The translations under genes were made by a program, and so were the position numbers. 64,000 nucleotides of DNA from Candidatus Micrarchaeum acidiphilum ARMAN-2 (GTDB taxonomy: Archaea > Micrarchaeota > Micrarchaeia > Micrarchaeales > Micrarchaeaceae): positions 1 through 64,000 of the forward strand of contig GG697240.1 of NCBI GenBank assembly GCA_009387755.1, given 5' to 3'. Positions within the stretch are counted from its first letter, which is position 1. The number at the start of each line of letters is the position of its first letter. Under the pieces are notes generated by a model. It worked only from the letters and a program-made list of their open reading frames with translations. It searched no databases and was not told where the DNA came from. Positions 28,360 through 38,285 of the stretch are shown one piece after another.

Positions 28360-28998
28360 TTGTGCCGCGTGCCATGCGGCGAGCATAAATATAATAAGAT
28401 GCCAAACGAATTGTTTCTGCAAGAAGGCGATGGTTTTATGGTCAAACCCAAGCACCACAGGTATATACCAGGAAAGAAAAAGTATGTATTCAGGAAGGCC
28501 AGCACTGCATATGCCAAGACCTTTAAAACTGAGAAGGCGCGGCTTTCCAAGTGCATCAAGGGCGATTTGGCAGCCATAGAGCACGTGGGCAGCACCGCAG
28601 TTCCTGGTTTGGGCGGAAAGAACATACTTGACATATTAGTAGGGATTAAAAAACCAGATAGACGGGCACTTAAGGGCATGCTGGAGGAATTGGGCTACGA
28701 CTTTATGCCGGAAGCAGGCTCTCAGCGCAGGCTGTTCTTTGTTAGAGACGCGCGCTTTGAGGGAAAGCAGATGAGAATACACCTGCACCTTGTCAAATTC
28801 GAAGGCACCGAATGGAAACAGAAGATCTCCTTCAGGGATTACCTCAGAAAGCACAAGGAACTCGTCAAAGAATACGAAAGAGTGAAGAAAGAAGCAGTTA
28901 AAAAGGCAAATGGAAACAAAGAGGCTTATCTTAAGGCCAAAAGCAGGTTCATAGATAGTGTGACCCGAAAGGCGCTTGGACGTAAGATAAAATCCTGA
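28360..28998 (+). CDS. GrpB/UPF0157 nucleotidyltransferase-like protein
   Basis: 'AIEHVGSTAVPGLGGKNILDILVGI' is the GrpB family signature. Confidence 0.7.
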   Translation: MCRVPCGEHKYNKMPNELFLQEGDGFMVKPKHHRYIPGKKKYVFRKASTAYAKTFKTEKARLSKCIKGDLAAIEHVGSTAVPGLGGKNILDILVGIKKPDRRALKGMLEELGYDFMPEAGSQRRLFFVRDARFEGKQMRIHLHLVKFEGTEWKQKISFRDYLRKHKELVKEYERVKKEAVKKANGNKEAYLKAKSRFIDSVTRKALGRKIKS

Positions 28999-29125
28999 AT
29001 TAGGCTTACTTAATTTTCGATTAGTTGAAGCATCACTTTTAGTACAAATGCATGTTTCCGGGATATGCTTAATACTGCCCTAGCCCGGCTTTGGTTTCCA
29101 TAGCCCGGGTTGCCTCGACCGCTTT

Positions 29126-30283
29126 CTATTTCGGCTGGCTCTTTGATAGCGTGACTGTGTCACTGCCGCTTCCTGAATCGTCATCGGCGTCTTGCTTGAC
29201 GGACATGCCCTTGGCGGCCTTTTGGGCCTTTTTGCCCTGCTGCTTTGCCTGGCTGTCCTGTTGAGGCTGCGGCCTCTCAGTCTCTCCCACTATTGAGCCC
29301 ATGTCAGCAGATGCTGGAGCGCTGCTGCTGGGCTGTGCGGCGTTGTCGCCGCTCTTTGATGTGTCATCGCCGACATTTCCAATTCCGGTAAGCTTGTCTA
29401 TGCCGAGCACGCCTATCGGAGTCGGTATGCCTAGTCCTCTAGACTCCGTCGGGATGAATATCAGGTGGTTCTTGCCGCTTATGCCTATTTCGTACAGCAT
29501 GTTAAGGGCCCTTAGCTGCATTGCGTAGACATTGGAGTTGTATGCATGTGCAGCCGCAACCATGTTGGTAGCAGCAAGCTTTTCAGATTCCGCAAGTATC
29601 ACCCTAGCATCGCGCTCCCTTGATGCTATGGCCACCTTAGCCATTGCGTCTTGCAGGTCGTCAGGTATCTTTACATCACGTATTTCAACAGATATGACGT
29701 TGACGCCCCAGGGCGTAACCCTCTGGTCTATAAGCGTCTTGACCTGCGAGGCTATTTCGCTCCTGCCTATTATCATGTTGCTGAGGTTCACTTTTCCGAT
29801 GACATCCCTGAGCGCAGTCTGAGCTGCAAGGGAAACAGCCTGATCTACATTGTTTACCTGAAGCGCTGTGCTTTCCGGATTCTCGATCCTTGTGAACATT
29901 ATGGCTTCGACATCGACGCTGACATTGTCCTGCGTCAGTGTCTTCTCCGCAGAGAACGATGCCGAGAAGGTCCTAAGGTCGAACTTATAGGGCATGCTCT
30001 GAACCAAAGGCATTATGAAGAAAAGCCCTGGGCCGTAGGTGCCCTTGTACTTTCCAAGAGTGAGGATTGGCGCCCTTTTCCACTCCGGCAGTATCTTTAT
30101 GCTCAGGCCCACATATATTATAAGTATGAAGACGAACAGCCCCGCAGCGACCTCGTAGCTGAGGGTTGCCAAGTATCCAAGGGCAGCAAATATGGCGGAT
30201 ATTATTACCCCCAGAAATAGTGTAAGAACGGAGTTGCCGTGCATTCCCTGCGTGCTTTTGTACAAGTAAATCTGATTTTCCAT
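29126..30283 (-). CDS. SPFH/band-7 (stomatin/prohibitin-like) membrane protein with a low-complexity Gln/Ala/Ser-rich tail
   Basis: N-terminal TM helices, SPFH core ('VDVEAIMFTRI...ALQVNN'), C-terminal coiled coil and a disordered tail. Confidence 0.8.
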   Translation of the reverse strand: MENQIYLYKSTQGMHGNSVLTLFLGVIISAIFAALGYLATLSYEVAAGLFVFILIIYVGLSIKILPEWKRAPILTLGKYKGTYGPGLFFIMPLVQSMPYKFDLRTFSASFSAEKTLTQDNVSVDVEAIMFTRIENPESTALQVNNVDQAVSLAAQTALRDVIGKVNLSNMIIGRSEIASQVKTLIDQRVTPWGVNVISVEIRDVKIPDDLQDAMAKVAIASRERDARVILAESEKLAATNMVAAAHAYNSNVYAMQLRALNMLYEIGISGKNHLIFIPTESRGLGIPTPIGVLGIDKLTGIGNVGDDTSKSGDNAAQPSSSAPASADMGSIVGETERPQPQQDSQAKQQGKKAQKAAKGMSVKQDADDDSGSGSDTVTLSKSQPK

Positions 30284-30387
30284 CTATTCACCACAAGCCG
30301 GTAGCGCACCCGGAGAAGCGCGTAGCGGGCATCACTAGTACATTTCGGTGCTAGAATTTAAATAGTTACGTGACATCCACTTACCCT

Positions 30388-30425
30388 AAACAGCACAGGT
30401 TTTCCCGCTCACGGCGCTAAATACG
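30388..30425 (+). repeat. 37-nt intergenic motif, copy A (AAACAGCACAGGTTTTCCCGCTCACGGCGCTAAATACG)
   Basis: Shares about 80% identity with copy B at 31871-31907, same orientation. The two copies flank the DAHP synthase gene. Confidence 0.5.
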
Positions 30426-30515
30426 ATTCCACTTGTCAATTGCTGCGCGGAATTATTGACCCTCCACTAGCTCACTTGTCTGTAGACTGATAGTTGAATT
30501 ATTGTAGATATGCGG

Positions 30516-31520
30516 TTACTTTCTGAGCAGCCTATGCGCATCGAGAATCAATTTCTCAGTCTCTTCCCACCCTATGCATGAATCCGTCACCGAGACGCCA
30601 TACTTGAGGTCCTTTGCACGCTTAGGAATTGGTTGCGATCCCTCATTTATGTTCGACTCGAGCATGAGCCCCCTTATGCCGGTGTTGCCCCGGAGTATCT
30701 GCCCGATTACATCTTTAAAAACCTTAGACTGCATCCTATAGTCCTTGTTTGAATTTCCATGGGAGCAGTCGACCATTAGCGTGTCGCTTAGCCCGTTTTC
30801 CTTGAGTATTACCTGCGCCTTCTCTACACTCGCAGCGTCGTAATTCGGCCCGTTGTCTCCACCCCTCAGTATTATGTGGGTGTTGGAGTTCCCTTTGGTA
30901 GTTACTGCAGATACCGTCCCGTTCTGGTCTATTCCTAAAAACCATTGGGGTTTGGATGCGGCAATTACTGCGTGCATTGCTACTGTAATATCTCCCTGCG
31001 TGCTGTTTTTGAACCCTATCGGCATGGAGAGTCCCGATGCCATCTGGCGATGCACAGAGGATTGCACGGTTCTTGCGCCTATCGCAGCCCATGAGATGGT
31101 GCCGCCGAGATATTGTGGTACAAACGGGTCCAAGAATTCCGTTCCAGAGAGGAGTCCCATCTCCGCATTCCTCACCAGTATTTCCCTGGCAAGCCTGAGC
31201 CCTTTATTGATATTCTCCGTGCCGTCAAGGTTAGGATCGTATATGAGCCCTTTCCACCCCACAGTTGTCCTCGGCTTTTCGAAATATACGCGCTTTACTA
31301 TTATGAAAACGTCATCGACAGCCTTGCTCAGGGAGAGCAGCCTCTTGGAGTACTCCGCATCCGACGCCACATCGTGTATGGAACACTGGCCCACTACAAG
31401 GACTATTCTTTTGTCCCTTCCATGTATTGATTCTATGACATCGTACCTTCCACGCGCGACGGTTTCCCTACCGCGGCTGGTCAGGGGCACCTCCTGCTTT
31501 AATGCCGCAGGGGTTATCAA
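30516..31520 (-). CDS. aroG: 3-deoxy-7-phosphoheptulonate (DAHP) synthase, class I-alpha
   Basis: 'KPRTTVGWKGLIYDP', 'GQCSIHD', C-terminal 'IGWEETE'. Typical length of 334 aa. Confidence 0.85.
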   Translation of the reverse strand: MITPAALKQEVPLTSRGRETVARGRYDVIESIHGRDKRIVLVVGQCSIHDVASDAEYSKRLLSLSKAVDDVFIIVKRVYFEKPRTTVGWKGLIYDPNLDGTENINKGLRLAREILVRNAEMGLLSGTEFLDPFVPQYLGGTISWAAIGARTVQSSVHRQMASGLSMPIGFKNSTQGDITVAMHAVIAASKPQWFLGIDQNGTVSAVTTKGNSNTHIILRGGDNGPNYDAASVEKAQVILKENGLSDTLMVDCSHGNSNKDYRMQSKVFKDVIGQILRGNTGIRGLMLESNINEGSQPIPKRAKDLKYGVSVTDSCIGWEETEKLILDAHRLLRK

Positions 31521-31870
31521 CGGGCGATATCCAGTTATGTTGCTGTCTTCTATTTTCCTTTTTGTGGATTGTGGCGTTATAGCACCTATTTGCCATTTTA
31601 CCTGCGATTAATGATAGGTAGATATGTTAAGAGCAGTATGGTTAATATTCTTTTTGTACAACTGCTTCCAGAAAATGTGTATCGCAGTCATACCGCGCAG
31701 GATGACTTTTGAAAGGGAGAGTTTATCGCAGGGGCGGGGCAGTGTGCTTTGTCAACTGGCCGCGATGATGGGGTCGATGCTTTTATAATATTAGTATATT
31801 GACATCCTCTCCCAACTGGAGGTTGGTAATTAAAATTCTCGGTGGCATCCCCCCCCACGCAAACAGCACA

Positions 31871-31907
31871 AGGTTCCAGCCTACGGCGCTAAAATTCGCG
31901 CCTGTAC
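31871..31907 (+). repeat. 37-nt intergenic motif, copy B (AAACAGCACAAGGTTCCAGCCTACGGCGCTAAAATTCG)
   Basis: Sits in a 600-nt ORF-free region (31521-32125), preceded by a poly-C tract and a TATA-like TTTTATAATA at 31771. Confidence 0.5.
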
Positions 31908-32125
31908 GCAATGCACGTGCCGCTTGTAAGCGTGTTCATTCCGTTCCTGTATTCTATGCCGGACTCAGAAGGCTGCTCCGTTAGGAGCTGAAATCCATCA
32001 AGGTTGTAGGACATCACGTCTTAGATGAAGGCGCAACTGCGCCGTAGCAATGCCAATATTCATTATATTAGCATTGAGTTGTAGCTTGGACATGCAAAGG
32101 CTGCGCTAAGCTTCACATCGTGCAG

Positions 32126-33121
32126 CTAGTGCTCTGTTATCCGTATAGACACTCCGCTTTCATTGGCACTAATCTTCGCCTTTCCGCCTATTGGAAAAGT
32201 GACAAGCGGTGTTGTATGTCCAAAGTCCGCGCCGCTTATTACGGGGATTCCTTCAAGTTCCTTCTTTGTCTTTATTATCTTTTCAAGAAGCGGCTGGGTC
32301 ATCTGGCTCTTGAGTTCAAACCTGCCTATCACTATGCCTCTGACGCCATCAAACCCGGGCTGCTGTATTACAGACTGTAAGTCCCTGGCAAAAGTCACTG
32401 GGTTTGTTGCCTCGTCGTCCTCAAGAAAAAGTATGGAGTCTTTTAGGCTCGGCATGTACTGCGTTCCCTGGAGCAAGTTAAAGGTGCACAGATTGCCCCC
32501 AAGTATAGTCCCTTCTGCAGAGCCTTTGTTTATGACCTTGTAGCCTTCATTTCTGAGAAATTTCCTGTTTTCCTGGTCCTTGTACCAGGAGTCGTTGCTC
32601 CACTCCTTTGAAGGCACTATGTCGTACGGTTCTTCAGACATTATGCATTTTTTGAAGTAGTCTATTGTGTACTCATTACCCTTTAGCATTCCAAATGTGG
32701 TAAAATGCGGGCCCGAATATGAAACCATACCGGTTTTGGCGAATATTGCATCTTGCAGTGCGGTTATATCTGAAAAGCCGCATAGCGGCTTTGGATTCTT
32801 AGCAATCAGGCCAAAGTCAATATAGTCAAGAAGCTCGTTGCTATTGAATCCGCCTATCACGGTAAGCATGCCTTGTATCTCCTTACTTTCAAAGGCCCTA
32901 GTAAGATCCTCGACCCTAGACGCAACGGAAGATGACTCAAATTCGTCTGTTTCTTCTGCATGCCTGGATACCTCTACTTCGAGCCCTAGCCTCCTGAGGC
33001 ACTCGGTTGCATATCTGCGGGTTTCGTTGTTCAATATCGACATGCTGCGTGCAGGAGCTATAACGGCGACTTTGTCCCCTCTTGCCAGCTTTCTAGGCAC
33101 TATCATAAAAACACCAAGCAT
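32126..33121 (-). CDS. LD-carboxypeptidase (peptidase S66; LdcA/MccF-like)
   Basis: 'ARGDKVAVIAPA', 'GFSDITAL', C-terminal 'GHTTP'. TTATATAT box just upstream of the MLGVF start. Confidence 0.7.
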   Translation of the reverse strand: MLGVFMIVPRKLARGDKVAVIAPARSMSILNNETRRYATECLRRLGLEVEVSRHAEETDEFESSSVASRVEDLTRAFESKEIQGMLTVIGGFNSNELLDYIDFGLIAKNPKPLCGFSDITALQDAIFAKTGMVSYSGPHFTTFGMLKGNEYTIDYFKKCIMSEEPYDIVPSKEWSNDSWYKDQENRKFLRNEGYKVINKGSAEGTILGGNLCTFNLLQGTQYMPSLKDSILFLEDDEATNPVTFARDLQSVIQQPGFDGVRGIVIGRFELKSQMTQPLLEKIIKTKKELEGIPVISGADFGHTTPLVTFPIGGKAKISANESGVSIRITEH

Positions 33122-33236
33122 GTTAAATTCAAGATATATAATTATTGCTTTTGTACAAGGGGGCTTGCAGCTTGCAACACTGGCCAGAATTCCCAATAGA
33201 AAACGCTTAAATATCTAGCCGGGCACAAAAAATACT

Positions 33237-33863
33237 ATGTCAAAAAAGGCGAAGACTTGGCAGAACAGGGACAGGGAGTACAACATAACCCCGCTTGAAC
33301 TGCTGGACATTTATCACAGGCTTGAAAAGCTGTTCGACGATGTCGCAATACTGGGCGGAAGGGCCGTAAACATATACATATCGGGAGACAAAAGGTTTAC
33401 CAAGGATATAGATGTAGTCGTAAAGCTTCCAGATATTCCTTTGAACATGCTCAAGGATGCAATACTTGAAAACGGGTTCATATACGAAACATACGATAAT
33501 GGAAACCTTAAAAAACTAATAAACAAAGAAACCAATACCTCGATAGACCTGTATTACTCCGCCAACTTGGGCGGCATACGCATCCAGGATCTGCTTGACC
33601 TTGCAAAGACCAGGATCCTAGGCCACGACAACGAAACAGTCAAAGTAGTGCATCCGGCGCTGCTAATTCTGATGAAACTGAAGAGCAACAGGCCAAAGGA
33701 TATAGAGGACGTCGGCAAGCTCGTCCACAACCTGTATGGCACGCCAGAAAAGTTCATAGAAAGGGAGAATGCCGTGCTGTCGCGCTATCTTGACCTGTCC
33801 GATTTCGGTTTCCTGAGATCTAGGCTGGAGACCACACGCTACGAGCAGCTTCTGCGAAACTGA
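33237..33863 (+). CDS. Putative minimal nucleotidyltransferase-fold protein
   Basis: 'ILGGRAVNIYISGDKRFTKDIDVVV' resembles the Pol-beta-type NTase G[SG]...D.D motif. Assignment is weak. Confidence 0.35.
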   Translation: MSKKAKTWQNRDREYNITPLELLDIYHRLEKLFDDVAILGGRAVNIYISGDKRFTKDIDVVVKLPDIPLNMLKDAILENGFIYETYDNGNLKKLINKETNTSIDLYYSANLGGIRIQDLLDLAKTRILGHDNETVKVVHPALLILMKLKSNRPKDIEDVGKLVHNLYGTPEKFIERENAVLSRYLDLSDFGFLRSRLETTRYEQLLRN

Positions 33864-34016
33864 GCGACGGCAGCTAAGCTCTGCCTACGCGCAGGTAAAC
33901 TCTTTTTTTAGATAGATTTAAATACCTTAAATACATTAGATTAAAAATAAACTAGTTTATAATTAAAATAGCTTATTGGGGTGCACTGCTTGCCGCGCGG
34001 AAACGAAGGAAACGAA

Positions 34017-34355
34017 ATGCAGAACTACATGACCAAGGACATGTACCATCTCATAATGAAGCTGGTTATACTTGGCTCTATAAAAAAGAAGAAGATGTAC
34101 CCCTACGAACTCATAAACCGCGTCGCAATGCACGTGCCGAAGTACAAAAGCGACAAGAAGGAGATAAAAAACGACGTTTACAACACCCTTGCCGTTCTGG
34201 AAAGGATTGGTTATATACGCCTGGAAAGGAAGCTTGCCGGAGGCAGGGTCAAAAACTTCTACACGATTACAAAGAAGGGTAATGAATCGCTTCTTGCATC
34301 TAAAAGGATACTTGCGGAAGCGATGATAAACGTCACAAAGCAACTGAAGGGATGA
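34017..34355 (+). CDS. PadR-family transcriptional regulator
   Basis: 'LVILGSIKKKKMYPYELINRV' winged-helix PadR signature. TTTATAATTAAAAT box upstream. 4-nt overlap with the ABC ATPase gene. Confidence 0.65.
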   Translation: MQNYMTKDMYHLIMKLVILGSIKKKKMYPYELINRVAMHVPKYKSDKKEIKNDVYNTLAVLERIGYIRLERKLAGGRVKNFYTITKKGNESLLASKRILAEAMINVTKQLKG

Positions 34356-35347
34356 CAATGAATAACTCTGTTGAAATATACGGGCTGACAAAGAAATTCG
34401 GGGATTTGACCGCGGTCAACAATATAGACCTTACCATAAAGAAGGGCGAGATATTCGGCCTATTGGGGCCCAACGGCGCGGGCAAGACCACTACCATAAG
34501 CATGCTGCTAGGCATAGTCAAACCCACTTCGGGCAGGATAATAATAGAAGGCTACAACGCGCAGAAGGAAAGCGCAAAGGTTAAGCAGGTTGTCGGCTTC
34601 ATGGCGCAGGAAACCATAGTGGACAGCGACCTTACCGCATACCAGAACCTGGAGATAGCGGCTAGGCTGTACCACATGCCCAGGAACGAATGGGCGGAGA
34701 GGATATCGGGGGCCCTGAAGTCCGCGCAGCTGGAGCAGTTCGCAGACAAAAAGGCGGGTACATTCTCAGGAGGCATGAAAAGGAGGCTTTACCTGGTAAA
34801 GTCAATGCTGCATGCGCCGCAGCTTATCATACTGGACGAGCCGACCACTGGCTTGGACGTCCAGAACAGGATAGAGATGTGGAGGCAGATACGGGAGCTT
34901 AACAAGAGCGGCGTTACAGTAATAATTACCACGCAGTACCTTGAGGAGGCAGACAACCTGTGCAACAGGATAGCGATAATAGACCACGGGCAGCTAAAGG
35001 CGATAGGCACGCCCTCGGAGCTTAAAAGGAGCGTGTCAGAGGGCCAGATACTCGAGATAATAAGCACGGCTTCAGAGGTAGAAGGCATATCGAAACTGCT
35101 CAAGTCAAAGTTCGGGATAAACTCGGAATTCAAGGACGACAAGGTTACCGGCCTGATAGAGAAGGATCCGATAGGCATGCTGCCAAAGATACTTAACGAG
35201 CTCAAGAAGGAGAAGCTTTATGTTGCAGCGGTTAACATGCACCTGCCCACCATGGATGACGTGTTCATAAAGCTTACGGGCTCAACGATACGCGACAAGG
35301 CAGGCGAATTCCAGTCGGACAGGAATATGCTGCTGACAATGAGATGA
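34352..35347 (+). CDS. ABC transporter ATP-binding protein (ABC-2/DrrA-like)
   Basis: Walker A 'GPNGAGKTT', signature 'FSGGMKRRL', Walker B 'LIILDEPT'. Confidence 0.85.
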   Translation: MTMNNSVEIYGLTKKFGDLTAVNNIDLTIKKGEIFGLLGPNGAGKTTTISMLLGIVKPTSGRIIIEGYNAQKESAKVKQVVGFMAQETIVDSDLTAYQNLEIAARLYHMPRNEWAERISGALKSAQLEQFADKKAGTFSGGMKRRLYLVKSMLHAPQLIILDEPTTGLDVQNRIEMWRQIRELNKSGVTVIITTQYLEEADNLCNRIAIIDHGQLKAIGTPSELKRSVSEGQILEIISTASEVEGISKLLKSKFGINSEFKDDKVTGLIEKDPIGMLPKILNELKKEKLYVAAVNMHLPTMDDVFIKLTGSTIRDKAGEFQSDRNMLLTMR

Positions 35348-35351
35348 AATC

Positions 35352-36485
35352 ATGGGTTTCTTCGAAGACACTATGACGATATTCAGGCGCGAGATGCTCG
35401 TATTCAAGAGCAACCTTAGGACCAACATAATCAGGTCGATAATATTCCCGATAGTGATAATTTTCTTCTTCGGCAACATAAACGCAAGCACGTTTAACAC
35501 TGCGGTTGCGGTAGTAAACTATGCGAACAACCCCGCCTCGATAGCGTTCATTAGCGACCTGCAGCAGGGCCAGGCCCTTGCCATATCGACAGTCACAACC
35601 CAGCAAACGGCATTGACGATGCTGCACAACAGCCAGGTGTCGGCCGTTGTCGTGATTCTGCCGAATTTTCCAGATGGCAATCCGTCCGGCGCAACAGATG
35701 TCGATGTATATTACAGCGAGAGCAACTTTGCCGCTGTTCCGGAGGCCTTGGCGACCATACAGGCAGTGTCGGAAAAGTTTGCTGTAAGCCCATCAGAATT
35801 TGCTGAAGGATCCGTAACTCCGCCAAAGCCGACTAACTACGGCCTCTCGCAGGTACTGCTTTACGGGGCCAACACCAATTATAAAACCTTCCTTACCGCA
35901 GGCATAATAGCCATGGTGGCTGCGTTCGGCTCGCTTTTCGGAGGAGGCGTATCGCTTATAACAGACAGGCAGCTTGGAAACCTGAAGGCATTCCTTCTTT
36001 CCCCGATATCGAAAAACGCCGTGATACTTGGAAAGGTGCTGTCCGGCACTGCCCAGTCGGTACTATACGGCATCCTGGCTCTCATTGTGGGCCTAGTGGC
36101 TGGCGCAAGCATAGCCATGGGGATTATAGGCGTTCTTTGGATAGTGCTTATAGTAATAATGATATCCCTGGGTTTCAGCGGGGTCACCATAATACTCGCG
36201 TCGAGAATGTCGCAGATACAAACCTATTCAATCTTAGGGAACGTCATAGTGCTGCCCATGTGGTTTCTTTCAGGCGCGTTCTTCCCGGCAAGCTCGCTGC
36301 CGTCGTTCATGCAGCCTTTTAGCACGTTCAACCCCATGACTTACGCAGTCTCCGGAATGCGCGACGTGATGCTGGTCGGATATTTCCCCATAGGGTCGAT
36401 AATATTGGATATAGGCGTGCTGGTAATATTCCTGGCGTTCGGCGTTCTTGCAACATTCAAGCTTTTCAAGCCGAATATAAGTTGA
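35352..36485 (+). CDS. ABC-2 type transporter permease
   Basis: N-terminal TM helix, large extracytoplasmic loop, then five C-terminal TM helices. Typical ABC-2 permease. Confidence 0.7.
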   Translation: MGFFEDTMTIFRREMLVFKSNLRTNIIRSIIFPIVIIFFFGNINASTFNTAVAVVNYANNPASIAFISDLQQGQALAISTVTTQQTALTMLHNSQVSAVVVILPNFPDGNPSGATDVDVYYSESNFAAVPEALATIQAVSEKFAVSPSEFAEGSVTPPKPTNYGLSQVLLYGANTNYKTFLTAGIIAMVAAFGSLFGGGVSLITDRQLGNLKAFLLSPISKNAVILGKVLSGTAQSVLYGILALIVGLVAGASIAMGIIGVLWIVLIVIMISLGFSGVTIILASRMSQIQTYSILGNVIVLPMWFLSGAFFPASSLPSFMQPFSTFNPMTYAVSGMRDVMLVGYFPIGSIILDIGVLVIFLAFGVLATFKLFKPNIS

Positions 36486-36514
36486 ATTTTTTATGATAAT
36501 AAACTGGTGTAAAC

Positions 36515-38257
36515 ATGTCGCAAAAAATAAGGATTTCGATGTTTTCGGTCGCTGCGGTGCTGCTGGCAGTATTCATGCTTCAGGCGGCATATGCACAGCC
36601 TGCAGGGTCCACCGGCGGAGCTCCGACAGGCAGCGGCGCTCTTTCGATACAGGATCTGTCGGTGTCACCAAACTATGTGGTTTCAGGCGACAACATAAGC
36701 CTGTCATTCCAGCTCTACAATTCTTATTCCAGCAGCCTCAGGAACGTAAACTTGGACCTTGAAGCTTCCAACCCGCTCCTCAACGTGTCGCCATCTTACA
36801 CCAGCTTGGCTGACAGCATAGGCAGCGGGACGTATGGCGGCCTGGGCCTTGATGTATACAGCTACAAGATTCATGTGCCATCCACCCTGCCGGAGGGGGT
36901 TTATACCATTTCCGTAGTAGCCACTTACGAGACAACGGTCAGCGACGGGCTGCTGAGCTACGACGTTCCGGGCGAATCTGTGATGCCGATATACATATAC
37001 GTGCATGGGCTGCCGAAGCTCGGCATCAATCTGGCGCCTTCATCGCAGATAGAGCCAAACCAGAACGTTCAGATGCAGATTGCGGCGACCAACTTCGGAA
37101 CCGGAACCGCTTACAACGTGACTGCGGTTCTTGAGAATTCGACATATTTCAAGCCGTTTGGAAATAAGGTTTTTGTGCTGGGCAACATGGAGCCCGGGAC
37201 ACCCGCAACTGCAGACGCAAACGTGTACGTGGCCAGAAACATAGTAAACGGCACGCAGTTCATCAACATGACAGTATCCTACCAGTACGACAACGGAACG
37301 CATGCCGAGAGCAATGTGAGCGTGCCCGTGGGCGTGCTGCTGAACTCGCCGGATGTGATCGCAACGGTGCAGTCCACTGAGCCGTCAGAACTCTACATTG
37401 GCTCCAACCAGTCGGTGCAGATAGCAATACAGAACGTAGGCTCCGGGCTTGCAAGGAACGTAAGCGTATCAGTATTAAGCGGCAGAGGCACGATAGTCGG
37501 AAGCTCGTCAAGGAGCTTTTTCATAAGTTCGCTGCAGCCAGGACAAAGTGCAACTGAAAGCGTCATGGTAAGCTCCAATGAGAGCAACCCGCAGAACTCG
37601 TCAGACATCTATGCGATGATAGGGTATGAGGGCGCCAACTACATGGGCAATTACTCAAAGACCGTTGCGATACCACTCAGCCTGTTCCCATCGGCAGAAT
37701 TCAACGTGACAGCAGTAAGGGGCAGCCTGACACCTGGAGGAACGTACCTGCCGGTCACTTACGAAATAAAGAATATAGGGAACGAGCCGGCAAAGGAGGT
37801 GTCGCTCTCGCTGCAGTCAATATACCCGATAACTCCTGTCTCAGGAACTGCATATGTGGAAAGCATAATGCCCGGCGAAGCCGCCAATGTGACCTTCTAC
37901 GTGGATGTTGATCCGAACGGCGCACAGGGCTCCTACCCTGTAACGATATATGAGCAGTGGAGGCAGCCGAACGGGGCGTCTTCCCAGCAGTTCTCAGGAT
38001 CCAGCAGCTATTACATAAAGGTAGGAGATGCTGGAGCCAGTTCAAGCTCAGGGGCAGGCTCAAATGCAGGGCAGCAGGGTGCTGGTCAAAGCGCAATTGG
38101 CATAGTAATTGCAGTTGTTGTGATATTGGCGATAGCTGCGTTCGTAATGCGCAAAAGGTCTTCGGCGTCGAGGGCCAGTGCCAAAAGAGATTCAAATGAG
38201 CAGCAGGACGAAAAGCGAGGAGAAGGCCGCAGGAGGGGCGTGAAACAGGGTAGCTGA
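36515..38257 (+). CDS. Secreted, heavily N-glycosylated cell-surface protein with a C-terminal TM anchor (CARDB/COG1361-like 'S-layer domain' architecture)
   Basis: Signal peptide (MSQKIRISMFSVAAVLLAVFMLQAAYA). Repeated beta-rich modules with many NxS/T sequons. C-terminal 'IGIVIAVVVILAIAAFVMRKR' followed by a basic tail. Confidence 0.6.
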   Translation: MSQKIRISMFSVAAVLLAVFMLQAAYAQPAGSTGGAPTGSGALSIQDLSVSPNYVVSGDNISLSFQLYNSYSSSLRNVNLDLEASNPLLNVSPSYTSLADSIGSGTYGGLGLDVYSYKIHVPSTLPEGVYTISVVATYETTVSDGLLSYDVPGESVMPIYIYVHGLPKLGINLAPSSQIEPNQNVQMQIAATNFGTGTAYNVTAVLENSTYFKPFGNKVFVLGNMEPGTPATADANVYVARNIVNGTQFINMTVSYQYDNGTHAESNVSVPVGVLLNSPDVIATVQSTEPSELYIGSNQSVQIAIQNVGSGLARNVSVSVLSGRGTIVGSSSRSFFISSLQPGQSATESVMVSSNESNPQNSSDIYAMIGYEGANYMGNYSKTVAIPLSLFPSAEFNVTAVRGSLTPGGTYLPVTYEIKNIGNEPAKEVSLSLQSIYPITPVSGTAYVESIMPGEAANVTFYVDVDPNGAQGSYPVTIYEQWRQPNGASSQQFSGSSSYYIKVGDAGASSSSGAGSNAGQQGAGQSAIGIVIAVVVILAIAAFVMRKRSSASRASAKRDSNEQQDEKRGEGRRRGVKQGS

Positions 38258-38285
38258 TTCATTGCCACGGCATAAATGCGCGTTC

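Noticed and set aside
27669-28679. 336-aa version of the HemQ-like ORF
   Set aside because: The N-terminal 130 residues are hydrophobic and low-complexity and would overlap the GrpB gene promoter region. Family similarity begins near MVISF, so a shorter CDS is reported. A non-ATG start slightly upstream remains possible.
29651-31611. Plus-strand ORFs of 189 aa and 252 aa antisense to the SPFH and DAHP synthase genes
   Set aside because: The minus-strand genes have unambiguous homology. The plus-strand translations have no motifs.
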